DNA of 64,000 nt from a bacterium (GTDB lineage: Bacteria; SAR324; NAC60-12), in contig CBDBHR010000030.1 of the NCBI GenBank assembly GCA_965205865.1, forward strand, positions 960,001-1,024,000. The letters are read 5' to 3'. A program made the translations under genes and the position numbers. The notes under the pieces are model-generated. The model did not search any database. It saw only the letters and a list, made by a program, of their open reading frames with translations, and had not been told where the DNA came from. Positions within the stretch are counted from its first letter, which is position 1; each line of letters starts with the position of its first letter. This document shows, one piece after another, positions 62,147 to 64,000 of this stretch.

Positions 62147-62897
62147 TTCTAAAACTGTAGGGAGTATCGAGTCAGTTTCTCAGTTTGAAATAATTCAAGC
62201 AATCCCGATGACTGTGTCATGCCTGACTTGATCAGGCATCCGGAAGTTCATCAGCAAATACTCCGGATTCCTGGTCAAGCCAGGAATGACGTTGGAAAGA
62301 CTGAGAAAGCCTCTATTGGTTTTTCCGTTTCTAAAACTGTAGGGAGTATCGAGTCAGTTTCTCAGTTTGAAATAATTCAAGCAATCCCGATGACTGTGTC
62401 ATGCCTGACTTGATCAGGCATCCGGAAGTTCATCAGCAAATACTCCGGATTCCTGGTCAAGCCAGGAATGACGTTGGAAAGACTGAGAAAGCCTCTATTG
62501 GTTTTTCCGTTTCTAAAACTGTAGGGAGTATCGAGTCAGTTTCTCAGTTTGAAATAATTCAAGCAATCCCGATGACTGTGTCATGCCTGACTTGATCAGG
62601 CATCCGGAAGTACATCAGCAAATACTCCGGATTCCTGGTCAAGCCAGGAATGACGTTAGAAAGACTGAGAAAGCCTCTATTGGTTTTTCCGTTTCTAAAA
62701 CTGTAGGGAGTATTGAGTCAGTTTCTCAGTTTGAAATAATTCAAGCAATCCCGATGACTGTGTCATGCCTGACTTGATCAGGCATCCGGAAGTTCATCAG
62801 CAAATACTCTGGATTCCTGGTCAAGCCAGGAATGACGTTGGAAAGACTGAGAAAGCCTCTATTGGTTTTTTCCGTTTCTAAAACTGTAGGGAGTATT
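62147..62897. repeat. Tandem array of four 182-bp units, each with a 75-bp REP doublet, plus a leading partial linker
   Basis: Units start at 62169, 62351, 62533, 62715; core GTCATGCCTGACTTGATCAGGCATCCGGA-N17-TCCGGATTCCTGGTCAAGCCAGGAATGAC. Confidence 0.95.
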
Positions 62898-62982
62898 GGT
62901 TAAGTCATTTAACCAATTGCGAACTTGAGAGACCTGAATAGTTACTAAAAAATATAAAATTCGGCATTTTTATAAAAAAAGT

Positions 62983-63020
62983 TTGACATCTTGTTAGCAC
63001 TCCTCTATTATGAGTGCTAA
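62983..63020 (+). promoter_or_regulatory. Sigma70 promoter overlapped by a perfect CIRCE (HrcA operator)
   Basis: TTGACA-N17-TATTAT; TTAGCACTC-N9-GAGTGCTAA at 62994-63020. Confidence 0.93.
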
Positions 63021-63073
63021 CAAGTTAAATAAATCAATTTTTTCAACAATCATATCATAAAGAAGGAGGACCT

Positions 63074-63493
63074 ATGTGGTTAGTTCCGATTCATTCCGGA
63101 AGAGTTACGCCGGGAATTCATTCAATGTTGGATGAATTTTTCCGGGGTTATAAGGCGGCGGAGTCGTCGTCGTTTTCTCCTCAACTGGATATCAAGGAAG
63201 ATGAGAAGGCCTACCATATTTTAGTAGAAGTTCCTGGCATCGACAAAGAAGACCTGGATGTTTCCTTGAAGGACAATGTTTTGACCGTCAAGGGAGAGAA
63301 GAAGCAAGAAACGAAAGAGGATAAGGACGGATACTGCAGGGTAGAGCGCACTTATGGTTCTTTCCTGCGTACGATCCGTTTGCCCGAAAATACCAAATGG
63401 GATCAGGTGGAAGCCCGTTTGGACAAGGGGATTTTGCAAATCATCCTTCCGAAGGCCGAGCAAGTAGAGAGGAAGCGGATCACGGTCAATTAA
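63074..63493 (+). CDS. Hsp20/alpha-crystallin small heat shock protein
   Basis: PQLDIKE..EVPG..LTVKGEK..ERTYGSFLR..GILQIILPK. Confidence 0.93.
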   Translation: MWLVPIHSGRVTPGIHSMLDEFFRGYKAAESSSFSPQLDIKEDEKAYHILVEVPGIDKEDLDVSLKDNVLTVKGEKKQETKEDKDGYCRVERTYGSFLRTIRLPENTKWDQVEARLDKGILQIILPKAEQVERKRITVN

Positions 63494-63517
63494 TGACCTG
63501 ATGCGACTGATTTTCCG

Positions 63518-63557
63518 GAAAAAGCCGGTGGGGCCCCGAGCCTCACCGGCTTTTCTA
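63518..63557 (+). terminator. Intrinsic (probably bidirectional) terminator
   Basis: AAAAGCCGGTGGGGC..GCCTCACCGGCTTTT. Confidence 0.75.
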
Positions 63558-63673
63558 TTTTGAGGCAAAGAACATTATAACATACCCTCCAACATTAAAG
63601 AGGTCCCCATGAGGATGATTGTGGCAACCGCAGTGAGAAAATTCTCAAAGGGATTTTAACAATTTTTTTCCGC

Positions 63674-64000
63674 TTACCCGTTGAAAGGGTTGATCAGCCG
63701 GGACAGGAGACCTCGTTTGCGTTTCACCTTCGTGGTGCCGTAACTTCCCTGGCCACCTCGTAATCGGGGATCGAGCAGATCGCGCATGGCATCGCCGAAC
63801 ATGTTGAGAGAGTAGACGACAATCGTCAGGCAAAGCCCTGGCCAGATCGCCAGCCGTGGCGCCACCTCCATGTACTGACGCCCTTCCCGGCTGAGCAGAC
63901 CACCCCAGCTGGGAATGTTCGGTGGCAGACCGAATCCGAGGAAGCTTAAGGAAGCCTCCGCCATAATCACCCCCCCGATGTTGATGCTGAAGATGATGAT
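63674..64000 (-). CDS. 3' part of a DppC/OppC-type permease (runs off the window)
   Basis: Closely similar to the C-terminus of 34160-35131. Confidence 0.88.
   Translation of the reverse strand: MIIFSINIGGVIMAEASLSFLGFGLPPNIPSWGGLLSREGRQYMEVAPRLAIWPGLCLTIVVYSLNMFGDAMRDLLDPRLRGGQGSYGTTKVKRKRGLLSRLINPFNG

Noticed and set aside
62219-62777. Three 64-aa ORFs (MPDLIRHP..IPGQARND) or CRISPR interpretation of the 182-bp array
   Set aside because: They are translations of the REP palindromes, and the intervening sequences are near-identical rather than unique spacers

Overview
Bacterial chromosomal window, tentatively SAR324/deltaproteobacteria-like (inferred from gene content only). Core blocks are an NAD-linked formate dehydrogenase operon (fdhA, nuoEF fusion, nuoG-N-like Fe-S subunit), aapJQMP, pntAAB, a CE7 esterase, htrA, ribD/ribBA/rlmB, rodA, iscA/bolA, gyrA, rplY-pth-rpsF-rpsR-rplI-dnaB and a CIRCE-controlled hsp20. 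These alternate with heavily reworked accessory DNA: several paralogous family-5 (Dpp/Opp-like) ABC modules with no ATPase gene in view, nested IS elements, a MITE, decayed toxin-antitoxin cassettes, two group II intron remnants in opposite strands of one attC site, and a solitary attC cassette. The main leads are four. (1) A small GIY-YIG nuclease gene bracketed by GTCA-tagged REP palindromes whose gene-less doublets recur and are amplified as a 182-bp tandem array, a candidate RAYT/REPIN-like system driven by GIY-YIG. (2) A DnaA paralog lacking the arginine finger, sensor I and the second Walker B Asp, with an altered DNA-binding signature and two CCACA-containing direct repeats upstream. 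(3) A promoter/leader element with copy-variable 36-bp hairpin repeats shared by two SBP loci. (4) A PD-(D/E)XK-like + PIN two-gene cassette. No rRNA, tRNA or true CRISPR array was seen.
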